A DNA stretch of 64,000 nucleotides, taken from the NCBI GenBank assembly GCA_046563655.1, contig CM102284.1, forward strand, positions 4,774,001-4,838,000. The letters run 5' to 3'. Shown here in pieces: positions 1 to 15,000 of this stretch; position 1 is the stretch's first letter, and every line of letters begins with the position of its first letter. The notes below the pieces were generated by a model. That model worked only from the letters and a program-made list of their open reading frames with translations. It was not told the DNA's origin and did no database searches. The position numbers were made by a program, and so were the translations under genes. The stretch comes from Yuukianura sp. NJ FZ-2021 (Eukaryota).

Positions 1-3000
1 TGGGCCAAGACTGATTTACAACGAATATTAGACGACGATGGATTGGCATACCTTTGGAATGAGATGATCAAAGATGGAGAGATTACGGGGTCATTCAGTG
101 ATGGATTGCTTAATCCAGCAGGAGTGACAGCTAGAAAAGGTAACATCGTAGTAATAAATCTTTGTGAGTTCGGTTTACAAGTCTTATTAACATATTGTTC
201 ATGTTTGAATTATAGGCGACAATGGTCGGTATTACTGCGGAATGAAAGTTCTCACTTGTCCATGCTGCGATGGAATCTGTGGACCTCAAACTGGATGTAA
301 CTGCGTACCGTGTCAGCGTTTGGAGCGTGACGAAGAGTTGCTTATTCGTCCCCAGTCGATGCCCACAGTAACATCATCGTTGATTTATCAAAGTTGGACA
401 TGGGGGAGGAAACCAAGTTCGATCGAATTAGAAGAGTGCCTCGATGCTTTAGTGAAAGAACAAAAATTGTCCAGTGTGGATCATGCCAGTAACTTTCGAT
501 TTGCAAATCAACTCTGGATGAGGCTTATTATCCAGTATCGCTACTTTCTAGCAACTTCAGCCATGACTACTACTAATAATGTTCCAAGGCAGCTCAATAT
601 CTCCACTAGTCAATCCAAGTCTAGTCTAATTGGAAGCGAAATGCGAACAAGGTACAGTGTTATCATTTTCTTCTTCTCACTAAAAAAAATCGAACTGGTT
701 TTATTAAAACGTTTTAATCAATGCTTTCAGTTCCATAACTGGGCAGAAGTTATCGTCAAATATTGGAAGTTTTGGTTTAGCACAAGTCGGTTCTAAAGCT
801 GCTCTCAATTTTGCATTTGCATTTTTACGTCGAGCTTGGAGATCAGGTACGAAAAATCACAAACGATTCCAAGTTCATCGTGGTACAATTAATTTTAGTT
901 AATCCTTAATCTCATTCCTACTTATTTTTATAGGCGAGGATACAGATTTATGCACTGATTTATTACAAGAGGCCTTAGGAGCTTTAAGGTTACTTCCCGA
1001 AGCATCGCTTTTTCCAGAAGGCAGTCTCTCTCCTGTTTGGGGTGAAATTATGGAAAAGTCGGAGAAATTTATACGTTCCGTGGCAATTGGGTGTGTATTT
1101 GTTCCACTTTCAGTAGATTTTTATGATGGAACCTAAAATTCAGTTTGGTTTCTTGCAGTAATGTTGGCGGAGAAGGTGACGTTGCCGTTCCTCTGATAGA
1201 TCAACAGTTAGCGCTTTGCCTTCTGCTTGAAATTGCTCTTCAACGGGGAAAACTCTGTTCCATGTTAGACTGCGTGTTGCTTCTTCTAGAAATTTGGGAA
1301 ACTAAAACAAATGTTCCGACTCCTGCGAACCGAATTCAACGTTCTGCCACTGCCCCGTTAGTTCCAAGTTTGCGTCGACTACAGGATATTCCAGCTCAAA
1401 CGGCACTACTATCAGCGGAAAAAGTGGAAGATCCAGTTGTGACGCACAGTTATCTAGAATACAACGAACTCCCGGCTAGTGAAACGTCGCTTTTAGATCT
1501 GAAGAGAGCTGCAGTGATGATAATGTGTCATCTGGCCCGTTTAGCCTTGCCTCACAACCCGCCTTCATCCTACACCAGTTAGTACTCTTCAGTAAACAGT
1601 AGTATTAGTATATATTTTAAGCAATATTCTAAATGTTTCTTTTGCTACAGATTTTGCAGAGAATGCTTCTGGTCAAGAAGTTCTTGCAATGGGAGCTTTG
1701 GGTTGGGGATTTGGTGGGACTCCGGGACCACAAATCTGTGATATTCTTGGCGAACTCGGAGTGAAGTCGATTGCTTGTGCGGAGAAGGTGATGCTAATTC
1801 TGAGTTATGATGGAAACGTATACAGTATGTACTACAGTTCAGAAGCACAGGTGAACCCACTCTCAATTCAAATGTTCTTCGTTAAATGTGTTTGAATATT
1901 GTGTAGTATGCAACAAAGTTCAACTTTTAAACTTTTGTTTATGAATTTTTCAGTTTCCTCAGCTTGTGGAAGGATTCGGTGGCAAATTCATTACCAAAAT
2001 AGCAGCATATCATTTAGGTCAACACTTTCTTGCCTTGTCGTCAGATGGATTTGGTAAGCTAATACTCGAAGCTGCTAGACTGTGCTCGCTAACTTTAAAA
2101 TTGCTTGATTTGAGGTTTCTTCTTTTTTTGAAAATAGTTTTCAGTTGGGGTGTTGGCGGAGGTGGAAGACTAGGTAATTTTTTTTTGCAAGGAAATAACG
2201 TACTGGAACATTGAAACTAAACTTAAAATTTTGTGCAGGTCACAATGACACAAATTCCAGGGACGAGCCGACAGTGATTGAAGCTCTCACTGGGAAAAAT
2301 GTATGTCAAATTGCTTGTGGGAGCACTTACAGGTATCAGCTTACTTTTGATCGTACGATTAGTCATTTTGGTACACAAAAGGTCAATTTTCAGAAATGCA
2401 TCTCAATTTTTTTTAGTGCTGTGTTGACAGAATCCGGAACCCTTTATACGTTCGGAAGAGGAAGTTATGGTAAATTGGGACTGGGCGATGGAGAGGACCA
2501 ACTTGTACCCACCGTTGTTTCGGCACTGCGGAGTAAGTTTATTGTTTTCTATGTTGCACTCATTAAGAATTAAAGTCAAGCTGCGACATTATTTTGTCGT
2601 TTGTTTTAATGATCCAGTGCATAAAGTCGTTGACGTGGCTTTGGGATCCGGTGATTGCCATACTCTATGCGTCACGAGCACTGGCCAAGTTTGGTCTTTT
2701 GGCGACGGTGGTACGTTGGACTTTTGCTGATTGATTTATATTGAAAAATGAATTGGGTAAAAGTTTTTCTGTTTTTAGATTTTGGAAAATTGGGCCGCGG
2801 AGGAAGTGACAGTAGCAAACTACCGCAAGTTGTGGACAAACTGGAAGGAATTGAAATCAAGAGAGTTTACTGTGGAAGTCAGTTCAGTGTAGCTCTGTCA
2901 AAGTCTGGCGAAGTGTTTACTTGGGGAAGAGGTTGTGAATTTCGTCTAGGACATGGAACGGAAGAACATTCCCGCTATCCTCGTAAAGTGGAAGGGCTCA

Positions 3001-6000
3001 GTGGGAAAGTCGTGAAGCAACTTGCAGTTTCTCAGTTTTTTACGGTTGCGTTAACCGAGGATTCAGAAATCTATGGATGGGGACGAAATGATGGCGGAAG
3101 TCTTGGAGATTCTCCTGGCAGTTTTCTTCCTCAACCTACACTCCTGCATTCTCTCAAAGGAAGATCTATTGTTGGAATTGCTGTGGGACAAGGACAGGTT
3201 AGTTTTAATTTATAAACTAATAATTTCCACTCCAGTCATGTTTAATCTTTCTCTTTTTGTTGTAGACCTTCATGTGGAGCTCAAATAGTCGCTGGAAAGT
3301 GGACGGACAAATTCGGTTTGTGGTTGATGTCAAGAAAGAAACACTGGTGAACTTGGACAAGTTGCTGTCGATCCAAGACTTTGTAACAAACTGCAGTCGA
3401 CCATTGACTCAAGACAAGGAATGTGTCATTGTTGCGGCACTGAATCTCATAAAGTTACAAGTAAGATTTTACAAATCCCATGCAAATTTCAATTTATGTT
3501 GAAATCTTTATGATTGAGAAACTCAACTGCTGTTTGTCCGATTTTTTAAGTTTTATTCCATCCTGGGTAGTTCTTCCGACTTGGAATCGCTGGGTCTCAG
3601 TCCAGGCCAAGATCTGCTGAACAATTTGAAGGAAAGGATTGTAACTTTTGCAAGTGAAACTGGAATTCCAGCGTCAGTGCAACTTGCAGCTCAAACTACA
3701 CTTAAAATGGGATGGAGCATCCTTCTTCCAACGCCTGAGGAGAGAGCGAGATCGCTGTCGACACTTCTTTCACGCCCATCCACTTGTGCGTAACTTTTTT
3801 CGTTCATTGCATATTTTTAATTGCAATTTTACTTGCAGATCGCTGATTTTTATGATACTGTTTTTAAGGTGGAAATCGGTTCTTGGTTGACCTCCTTGTG
3901 TCGAGTTTAATGGACGATGGAGAATTAGGAGAAGCATTGGAAAATGCAATTATAGAAGAGGGAGACAACATTCGCAGACGAAGAAGAGAAGGGTCAGCTG
4001 CCGGGTCAAAAGAAGAATCAAATGAAATGCTTGCTCATGAAAACTTGATAAGTGATGAAGCAATTGAAGAATTTCAGACGAAGAGGGAAGAATCAGAACG
4101 AGAGAAGAAGAAACGAGCATTTCAAGCGGGGAAAGGTTCACCATCATCTCAGATGATTCCATTGCTCAACCTGGTTAATCAATTACTCAAAACGGGAACT
4201 ACTGCAACAATGAGTAGAATCAATGCACTTCCTAATCCAACTGTTCTTTCAACACCGGAAAATCCTCATCCAGCAACACATGATGGAACAGGAGATTCTG
4301 TCACATTGAGTTTTGACAGATCTAGTCCTAGCATCTTGCTTCTTCTGAAATTTCAACGACTACTTTTGAGTAGGATTATGGCGAAACAAAACGAATTGCG
4401 ATTCTCAAACATCGAAAACTGTGGTAAGCTTCTCTTAAAAAAAATGTAACAATCCCGAGAACTTTTTGTTTTTAAAAATTAAGCTACCTACGCCTTGAAA
4501 CCTTGAAAACTAATATCGTTTTTCTGATTTTCTAGTGGATGAAGAAACGGAAGCTGAGGAATCTGTGCTATGGAATTACGTTTCTACTTTACTTTCTTAC
4601 GTGAACAAATCTTTGACTCTAGCATCCGAAGTTGGACAATGGTCAAGTAGAACGTACATCAGCGTTTGTTCAATTCTGGGCGAGGACATTACAGGTGATT
4701 TAGATAACACTAGGAACTGTGATTCACGGTACTCCGTTATTTCCTTATTTGTTGAATCATTTCTGAAGATTCTAAAACTTTTCTGTCTTCCAGGAATTTT
4801 GATACCCGAACTAGTGACGTCGCTTCTGTTGCTAACTGGAGGCTCGGATGGTATTTCCAAGATCTGTCAGAGAACAAGAACTGAACGAACAGGTTCTCAG
4901 AAACTGAGCGATGTTGGACTGGTTCTGATTCGACGCTGTAATGTAACAAATTCACTCCGGGAATTCATGGAAAGACTGAACAATTTCAATCGTTTGGCTC
5001 CTGGATATGAACGGGAAGACGCCGAATCGCTTGCTTGGCCTGGAGTAATTGGTAAGCCTTGTTTGAATAATCAGTTTAACAACTTAGTTACATGTTAAAA
5101 TCTGACCAACCTAATCAATTTCATTCCCTAGCTCCAAACCAAGGAAATATTGAAATGGAGTTGGAGCATTACGCAAGTCCAATAACGAAGTGGGATTTCA
5201 AGAATCACAATGCTGGCGAAGGGCTATGGATTACAATCAAGGGAAAAGTTTACGATGTTCTTGAGTTCAGGTATTTTTCTAATATACTTTTTAACTGGCT
5301 AACTGAAGTGAAGTTAGTGAATTTTTACTTTTACTTTACAGTAGAGACGCTCCATGTGGAGTGGATCTTCAAACGTTTTCGAATTGCGACGCAACCAGTG
5401 CTTTCATGGCAGCTAATCACTCCGCCAGATCCACGCAACTTCTTTCTCGGTTTTACGTTGGGGACTATTTGGACGTGGAGGCAGAAGTGGTGGAAGGAAT
5501 CGACACAAATACATTCTCAGCTCCATTGATGGAGACTCAGCGCCTGCTGGCATTGTTTCTGGGGCTTTATGCACATGCAATGACCTTGGGCATTCCATAT
5601 CAACCAATTGAAGCCTCTTATAGGAAAATCCTTGAATCGTCGTTTCTTCAAGGAGGTTTAGATTCGAAACCGTTTTATCCAATTCCAGCAAAATCTAATG
5701 CAAAATCCGAATCAAAGGATCCTCGTAGTGAAAAATGCATCGCATTCGAATCGGCCAGACTCAACACTGAACTTAGAACGTTCTTCTACTCATTTTTAAT
5801 TCACGATATCAGGGTAAGTACACTTTAAAAATTTACGAAAAAACGAATCCTTTTTGAAAACAAATTGATAGTTTGAATTTTTTTCGTTGTAGGAGCCGTT
5901 AGTTTGTTCTTTCCTGAACATATTGGATAGTCATGCAAAACGGAATCGCCTTCTAACGAACGAAGATTTTCAATTTGACCATCCGATAGAACGGTTAGGA

Positions 6001-9000
6001 AGATACTTGCTTGTGGCATTACTAAAACATTTGAATCTTCTTGGAGTCGTCTATAATCTTGTGGAGAAAGGTAAGCATCGATACAAAAGAGTTTAAAAAA
6101 GTTTTGAATAATATAAGACGTTGGCTTTTATTGCTACAGAACATGAAGGAAACACGCAAATCGGCTTCCCGAAAATTATAAGTCAAATCTTGGTACACGT
6201 CAATCAAACGAAATGGAATTTAGTCAAAATCAAACAAGAAAAGGGGAAATCATATAAAGAAGTTTGCACTCCAGCACTGGAAAGATGTCTTTTCCTGATC
6301 CAGGAAGTTCGTCCTGTTGATGCAGAGGAATGTCGATTTTATCGAAGCCAGAAGTATCTATTCGAAGAGAACCGATGGAAAGCTGCAGTAGGAAAGATTG
6401 TTAAAGACATTCGCCATGCGAAGCTTATGGTCAAACGAAGTTCTCGTCCAGAAGATATCGTCAATTCCAATATTCAGGTAAAACTTCAGCCACAGTATTA
6501 CACAGTATTAGTGTTTGCAAAAATTTTCTTCAAAATTTTGAATTTTGCAGAATCTGGATGGACGGATGAATGGGATGCATGATCATGAAGTACATCGAGT
6601 TGTTCCTGGAGTGTCATGTGTTCCTACCCATTCTTCCAAAGAAATCGTTGTGAATGGGCCGAGTAGAACGGATATAGTATTCAAACCTGGATCGTACTCT
6701 GTCCATCATCATCAGCCCCATTTAGAAGAAGTGAAAATTCGGTGTGCCGAGTTGAGCAACTTTGTGATATATCAGAGTCTTGACGATGGAGATGACGCTT
6801 TGGATGTGAATTGCATCCGAGAATGCATTGAGCTTCAGGTGAGTGTCTAAAATTAGCCGAAAATAATCTACAAGTTCACTTTTTGACGCTAATTTTGTGA
6901 ATTTGCTGCTAAAACTTGAATTTAGAACAAAAGAGCAGCGTCAAGATGCGATGGACTCCAATTGATTTTTGAACTCCTAAAGAATGAGAATCTAATTCCG
7001 TCTTCCAAGTATCTGATGATGAACGGATGGCAAGGAATAATTCATCAAGGAGTGACGAGGAAGTTAGCGCTGGGCAAAATGTTGGAAAATATTGAGCAAG
7101 CGTCACCGTACCTGAGGGCCAAAGTTAACCTCGCTCATGCTGATATACTCAAATGGGCACTAACTGATCTCAAATTTATTGTATTGGAAGCAAGAAGTAG
7201 TTCCGAAAGTCGGATCCGTCGAAGCATTCGGTCCAAGGAGAATCTGAACAATCGTGATCGTATGAGCTTGGGAACGCTGGCGTCGTCTCGGTTTATTCTC
7301 AGTTTCATTTCCATTTTGTCACAAAATCTGGAAGGGAGGCAACTCAGGTATGACATTTTCTACGAAAAATCCATTGTGTCGGTATGATTCATAATAATTC
7401 TATAATAATTCTATATTATATATAATAATTCTTATATATAATAATTCTATAAACATCTATAGATGTGCTTGGTATTTTTCAGCCTCCTGTTTTCCTCTGG
7501 AGTTTTGTCAGCTGTTCAGACGTTGTTTTCTTGTGTGGGATCAAGTGGACCTCAGACGGCGGATCCGAAATCCAGAACGTTGTCTCTGAGCGTCGTTTAC
7601 GAAGAGATGATTCTCAGAAGTAAACCACAACCAGCGCCATTGACTGGACCAGAAATGGCAACTTACATGAAAGTTGGGACGAGGGTGGTACGAGGAGTGG
7701 ACTGGAAGTGGGAAGATCAAGTGAGTGAATCAATTTTTATTTAAACTATAATTTATTTGCTAAGTTATAATTTCTTGATTAATCACTTTAGGACGGAAGT
7801 CCACCGGGAGAAGGGCGCGTAGTTACTGAGCTTGGAAACGATGGATGGGTTCGTGTTCAATGGGAAAACGGACAGACGAATTCGTATAGGATGGGCAAGG
7901 AGGGGAAGTATGATCTCAAACTGGCCGATCCTCCGCTTCTTCCACAAAGCGATTCCGATACTGAAAGTCAAGTAGATGATGAAGGTATGTTCAAAAACGA
8001 TTTTGTTGAAAAATCAAAAATGACGAGCGTTTCCTTAATTTTTTTTTCATTTTATGGTCACAGGTATCGCTGATACGAATTCAACTGGGAAGCATCCGAC
8101 CGGAATGATTCGGCATAGTTGCCTTCAATTGATGAGGATTTTTGCAGTATCCGTAGGCCTTCACTCGGATTTTATGCAGGATTCGGCTCTACGATCGTTT
8201 GCTGGACTTTTGAGAGAAATTGTTCGAGTAAGAAGTTGTTGAGAATATTATTCAAAGTTCAATTCCTGTTTTGCTGGAATTAGAGATTAGTTTGCCAATT
8301 ACCAAGAGTATCCTTTGATTGATTTGTTGTATAGATGGGGTCAACCGTGGGATATGAACTGAGGCAAACAGAAAAGGAATTTTTATGTTGCGAACAGTAC
8401 GAAGAATGGGCCAATCTTGGATTTATCCGAGGAATTACAATTTCGATGAAGATTTGTGAATTTCTGTCATCGCCGCTATGGGTTTCGGTTTGTTTGGATT
8501 TAATTGACAAGTCCTTGGAGTATCAAGTGGATTTGTCAACGCAAGTGCTTGTCCTTCGTGTCTTGGCTGCTGTTTTACCTTTTGCTAACAATCTTAACAC
8601 GTTTGAGAAAGCTGCAGTGTTGGAACGGCTTGGCAGAATCATTGGACTACGAGCTCTTCTTGAGTGTAAAGATCCATCAATTGAAAATCAAGGTAAGAAT
8701 TTAAAAATCTTTCAAAATGACAATCCGGGTAGAACTAGATATTTGTGTTCCAGAATTCCTAACTCAGCAAGAGGAATTTGTGCGACTGACACTTCCACTG
8801 TCTGCTCCTCATTCCAGTACAATAATTGAAGAATGCGTGTCTCTCGTCCGGAACATTTACCGCCTTCGTGACTGGCATGGAATTGTCAATTCGTTTCTTC
8901 AGTCGTACTTAAGTAACTTTAAAACAAGTCATAAGTTTTTAGTAGCGGAAGGAAAAGAAGGTGACCGCCATGCCGGGGTGGCGGCGTCGCTGGCTATACT

Positions 9001-12000
9001 GGGTGGCTACGATTCAAGAGTTAGAATCGGAGGAAGCGTTGTGATTCGTTCAGGAAATGGTACATTTACACTAATTTCTTCTTTCAGCGCAATTTGTCAT
9101 TTCTTGACCATGATTTTCTTAATTTTTCAGATGAATATGCGGGTGATGAGAGGGGAACGTTATGTCGAATTAGTCCAAATGGAAAAACTTACATCCAAGA
9201 TGAATTCGGTACAGTACGACGAACTGCACTTTGGAACTTTGAAGCTGTGGAAAAAGATCGGTTTGACCTTCACCTTCTTGCCGAATCTACTTACGTTCTT
9301 CAAATGTGGGTTGATTTGTTTTCCATTGCAATCACAAAAGTGAAAATGCAAGACTGGAATCTCAGGAGTGGTGAGCTCTCATCTTACAATTCAATGAACT
9401 TAAATTTAATTATTTTTGATGATTTACATTATTTTTCGCCAGGAAATCAAGTCAACGGTCCACTTTTGCAAGAGCAACAACTGCTATTTCTAGTTTTAAA
9501 ATCAATTCGGATTGTCTTTAAAAATCAACCTCTTGTCAAAAGAATTCTTAAACAGGTTAGTCTTTTGAATTCGATATACCAGTTTCGTTACTTTGGACGA
9601 TTAGGGTTTCTATTCGCTTTTTGTAAATTCAGGTATACGTTAACGCTAAGGATGACACTGGTGAAGAATCTGGAGATGGACACGTCGTTGAATTATTAAT
9701 CGAAAAGTTCCTCTTCCGAGCAACTCAACCATGTTCGATGAAACCGATATTTTCCATGAAGGAACTCGAGGTGAGTGGTAAACTACGAATCTTTTAGTGT
9801 TTATTGACGACACAAGATGCTTTTTTGACAGGAAGGAGCAATTGCTGTAAGTCAACAATTGGGAGCAAGTTTTCGAAATGCTACTAAATACGAAGAGGGT
9901 GACATGACTGTGGATGAGGCCATTGAAGAACCAGAGCAAGCGGAACAAGTGATGATGCCAACGGAAATGGTGGGCCGAAGGGCCAGTAAATTTTCAGTGA
10001 ACAAGCGTCGGAGTTTTAAGGAAGAACCGAACAACGTGGTGAAACAGCTCGTGGAAATGGGCTTCGATCGTCGAGTGGTAGAAAAAGCAGTCGGAATTCT
10101 TTGTCGTGGGGGAGATGTCTCACCAAGTCCAGAGACGCTTGTAGGATGGTTACTTGAACAAAATCTGAATTCTCTAACAACTTCTTCTGAAGAATCGGAG
10201 AGTCTTCATGTTGAACTTGAAGAAGACGATGAAGGAGATAGTAGTGGAGATGAAGAAACTGGAAGAGATGAAGATTATGTTATTCATTTGGGTGAGAATT
10301 CGGTTACTTATTTCAAAATTTGACTGACATTGAAAAAAAGTTTTGGTGTATTTTTTTTTCTGTTTGTGATCTCAGGAATTGTCTGTGATGGATGTCAGAC
10401 GTGTCCAATCACTGGTCCTCGTTTCAAGTGTCGAGTTTGTCCAAACTTCGACTACTGCCAGAGTTGTTTCTACAGCGGGAAGGATCACGCGCACACTTTT
10501 TTCCGAATGAACGAACCTGGTTCACCACTTATTTATGCCGGAAAACCTGAAAAAGGACGAACCGTGGGAAAAGACCGCGGCGTACTGAAGGAATGGAGTC
10601 AATGCGTAAAATCTCTGGCCGTGTCATCATTTGAGTCATGGTCATCAAGACTACTGGATGGAAATCCTGGAACCTATTGGCAGAGTTGTGGAACACAAGG
10701 GAAACACTGGATTCTGATGGAAATGCAAGCTGGAGTGGTCGTGAAGGAGCTGAAACTGTTGGTCAATCCAGCTGATGGAAGTTACGTGCCTTCTAAGATA
10801 CTGATCACTGGTGGACAGACGCCTGGATCCGTTTCTAAAGAGTTGAGTGTAACGATTGTGCCACTAAATGGAAGTTGGGTTACACTTTTGTCAGAAGTGA
10901 ACGATTACTACAAGTACATTCAAATCACAATTCTTCAGTGTCGAAATGGAGGGATCGATTGCAGACTCCACGCCTTATCGATTTCTGGCAGAATGCAAGC
11001 TGAATTAGATTTTGGAACTCCAGTGTCCTTTTTGGCGTCAGATGGAGAAGATGTGGAAGCAGAGGACTTGGGTTGGGGTAGATCCAATACTGCCGTCAGA
11101 AGAGGAACACGACTTCGTGGACGTGGACAAGGAGCTGTCAAATGCTATGCTTGGGTAAGTAAATTTTCAAATTTTGTAAAATTACTTTGAGAATTTTGTT
11201 CAAGAAACCATTTTTTTTTCTTAACTTAGGGGCTGAACGACAAAAACCAACTGGGAGGAGTCAAAGGAGCCAAAGTGAAGTCTCCTTTACTTTGCGAAGC
11301 AATTTCAGCGCTCAGGCCAATTCATATTTCTGGTGGAACAAAGTCACTTTTTATTGTTTCGCATGATGGAAAAGTTTATGCTTGCGGAGAAAATGGAAGT
11401 GGAAATCTGGGACTGGGGCACAGCAATCCAGTGGGGACACCGCAACAAATCGTAGCTCTTTCATCTTATGTGATTCGGAAAGTTGTTTCGCAACATTTTC
11501 ATTCCTTGGCTCTTACCGTCGATGGAAAAGGTGAGAATACATCATATCTCTTAACATCTTTCTGCATGAGACGAAGCATGGGACAAAAGTGGAGAAAAAG
11601 TATGGTAGATGGCAACTTTTAATTTGAAGTTTGAACTTTTCAGTTTTCTCTTGGGGAACGAACGAAAACGGACAATTGGGCCACGGAAATCGCCAAGCTA
11701 GTGACCGACCAAAGTTAGTGGAGGCTCTTAAATCTAAGCGAATTCGAGACGTCGCTGTTGGTTCTGCACACTCGGCTGCTATAACATCTAATGGAGAGTT
11801 GTACACTTGGGGCCAAGGAGAATATGGACGATTGGGTACAGGAGATACTGTGACGGAAACGAAACCAAAATTGGTGAAAGCTCTAGACGGAAAACGCGTA
11901 ATACACGTTGGTTTGGGTTCGAGAGATGCACAAACGCTTTGCGTTACGGAAGATCGTGGTGTTTTGGAGTGCTGGAGTTGGGGTGACGGTGATTTTGGCA

Positions 12001-15000
12001 AGCTAGGAAGAGGTGGATGTGACGGATCTTCTGTTCCGCTGAATATTGAGCGTCTCAATGGATGCAAAGTCATTGAGGTACACTGTGGAGCCCAGTTTTC
12101 ATTGGCCTTGACCAAGCAAGGTCAAGTGTATACTTGGGGAAAGGTAAGTTTTGGCTTAAAAGATCCTGATTTCCGAACTCAACTGACAGAATTTTTTTGA
12201 TGCAGGGTGACTATTATCGTTTGGGACACAATCACGATCAGCATGTGAGGAAACCAACGTTGGTTGAGGGGTTGAAAGGCAATCGAGTTGTTTCGGTAGC
12301 AGTTGGAGCACTTCATTGTCTTGCTGTCACTGACAAAGGAGAAGTGTGGGCATGGGGGTGAGTTTTGAATGAACATGCCAAACTCAAATAACTTTGAAGC
12401 AATTTTATGTTATTTCATTTTTTGAATTCATAGCGATTCAGATCAAGGACAACAAGGGAATGGAACGACAACTGTCAACAAGAAACCAACACTGGTTCAA
12501 GGTTTGGAGCATATAAAAGTTGCGAAAGTGGCTTGTGGTAGCTCTCACTCAATTGCATGGACGAGTCCTGAAGTTTCGACGCAAAGAGTCAGTGATACTG
12601 TTTTATTCCCAGTCGCTCGTGACCCGCTTGGAGCATTTAGTAAGTTGTTTTATCGTTGATTTTCAAATTCATAGTGGTTGAAATTTGAAAATGGTCGTCT
12701 AATTTGCAAAATTTCCGTTTAGGTTATTTGAATATTCCGTTCGACGAGGACGAAGAAGATCCAGAAGGAGGAGACGGCGCTTCTGGAGGGCCAAGTGCAA
12801 ATGTGTTCAGTGGGCTTTCCTCGGATGAAAGCCAAGGACCAAGTCCCGCTATTGGAGGGGCTCGTGACCCTGGACCAAAGCAGAAATCAAGCGGAGAACC
12901 AAAAAGACCTTCACTGGCAAAAATGGTTTTAGCACTGGACTCTGTCGCAGCGCAACAGCGTGCTCTTCAACAAATACTCAATACGATTCAGATCCTACTG
13001 GCGAGAGAAGCAATTGTTACTGCATTGTTACCACCAAGTGCCGTTCCAGATAAAAGGGACGACGAAATAGAAAAATCTGTTTGGAGAGATGCCACCGAGT
13101 CCATGGATACTTCGATTCTGTCTCCATCGAGTATCATTTTTTCAATGGATGATTCCATCAAAGATGACGCATCGGCTCAAGGAGGTGGAGAAGGACAAGC
13201 GTCACACGTATGACGATTAATAAGTAATGTTGTTAGGTTTTGAATATTTGAAAAATGGCTTGATCTTTTTTTTAGAGTGAAGATGTGAGTCAAAATGCTG
13301 ATGAATGGAAGAGGCATGTGTCTTCAAGTGTCCATGTCTCATCTCCTGGTGGAAGTGTTTCATCTCGTTTGAGCAATAGCATTGCGTTAGTTCTGGAAGG
13401 AATATCATCTGATACACAGGCGATGGTATGGATTAAGAAATTGCAGAATTTGGTTAGCCGTGTACTACTGATTCAGTGATTCAGTGATAAAATATTTTCT
13501 GTTTTACAGTTGTGGAAAGGAAGTAGCGAAGATGTTACGGGAGGAAGTTCATCCGAATTTCGAGATTTTTCTGAATTATTCTCTCTAGATCATGTCACTC
13601 TGCTGATGGACTTACTGAAATTGGGCGTAGCTGGAAGAGCTGGACCAAATGCCAAGGAAGGAATCACAGGAATGTTGCTGGGTAAGTCGCAAGATACAAA
13701 TATTGCTAAGCACTGTGTGTTTTCTGACATGATGCCATTTTATTTTACAGCTCTGAGTGATCGACAGTCATCGCTTGCAGAAATGCTTTTGGATCTTTGT
13801 GTAACTGAAATTGAAGATGTCGCTGTAGATGAAGATACGCTTCGATCTCTTCCGCCTCCAGTGATTCAAGAAAGTCCACATCCCTACAATGACAACTGCT
13901 TCCTAACAGGGAAAGTCAACATTCCTGGTGAGTTGGGGGAAGCTGAAAAAAAAAACTTTCAAAGCCTACGTGAAACGAAAACTCAGAAGTTATTAAACTT
14001 TTGAACAACTTTTAGGAGCTGAGGAGTTGTGGGTAGAATTTGATCCACTCTGCAGTACCGAACGACGACACGATCCTCTTTGCATCATGGACGGAACTGG
14101 ACGAGTCGTTGGAGTGAGGTCCGGAAGAGAATCTTCTGACTGGGAGTCCGATATCCGAGTGGGTGGCGAAGACCTGCTTTGGAAGTTCACCAGTGATTCT
14201 TCAGTGAATGGATGGGGTTTCAGATTTAGAGTTCATGCAATCATGCCGCTTGCTGGTCCTGCAGGACGTTCGACTGATAGACGAATTCTCTCCAGACCGT
14301 CAATGGACGTAGTAATTTCACTTCTAGATCGAGACTTGATCACGAAAGCTGCAACAGCAAAACAGAGGGGATTGATGTTACGACTGGCCTCAGCTCTTGC
14401 TACAGCATCCCAAGTTTCTAACCTTAGTTCAAATCAAAGAATGTGGGCGCTACAAAAGTTACGGAAAGTAATTCGGTCCCTGGCACTTGAAGAATCTATG
14501 AATTCCGTCGCTGGAGACTCTCCTACCCCATTTTTCACGATTTGTAAAGGACTGGGTAACTTGCCGGATCTGCTGCTCCGGCAATACGAGTATGAAGAAC
14601 CAATCCTGCGTACTGGAAAGCATCTCATGTTTAGTCCGTTTTTCAAGGTTAGGCTCCGTTCATCTAACTGAACTGTTGCAAATTTTCTCTTCGCAGTCAT
14701 TTTGTTACAAAATTATCAATGGCTCAAAAATTTGCACTAAATCAAAACGAGATTTACAGAGTATGCAATTCCAAGTTTATGAATTGCGTATTTAAGCTAC
14801 TCGGAACAAGCCGACTTAACAAAAGATTTGAAAATAGATAATGGGGAAAAAAACTTTGCTATTTGACAGGTACTGGTGGCCCTTTGTTGTGACCTGGGCG
14901 TTGACAACTTGGTTGCGTCAATGGACACATATCGCTGGGCATGGTTCAGAAAGTATTGCCTCACATCTCGTGTCACTTCGGCGCTTCTGGAACGATCAGA

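Noticed and set aside
8308-8316. U12-type donor GTATCCTTT in HERC2
   Set aside because: It lies only about 27 nt before the acceptor of an ordinary GTAAGA-initiated intron, too close to be a donor.
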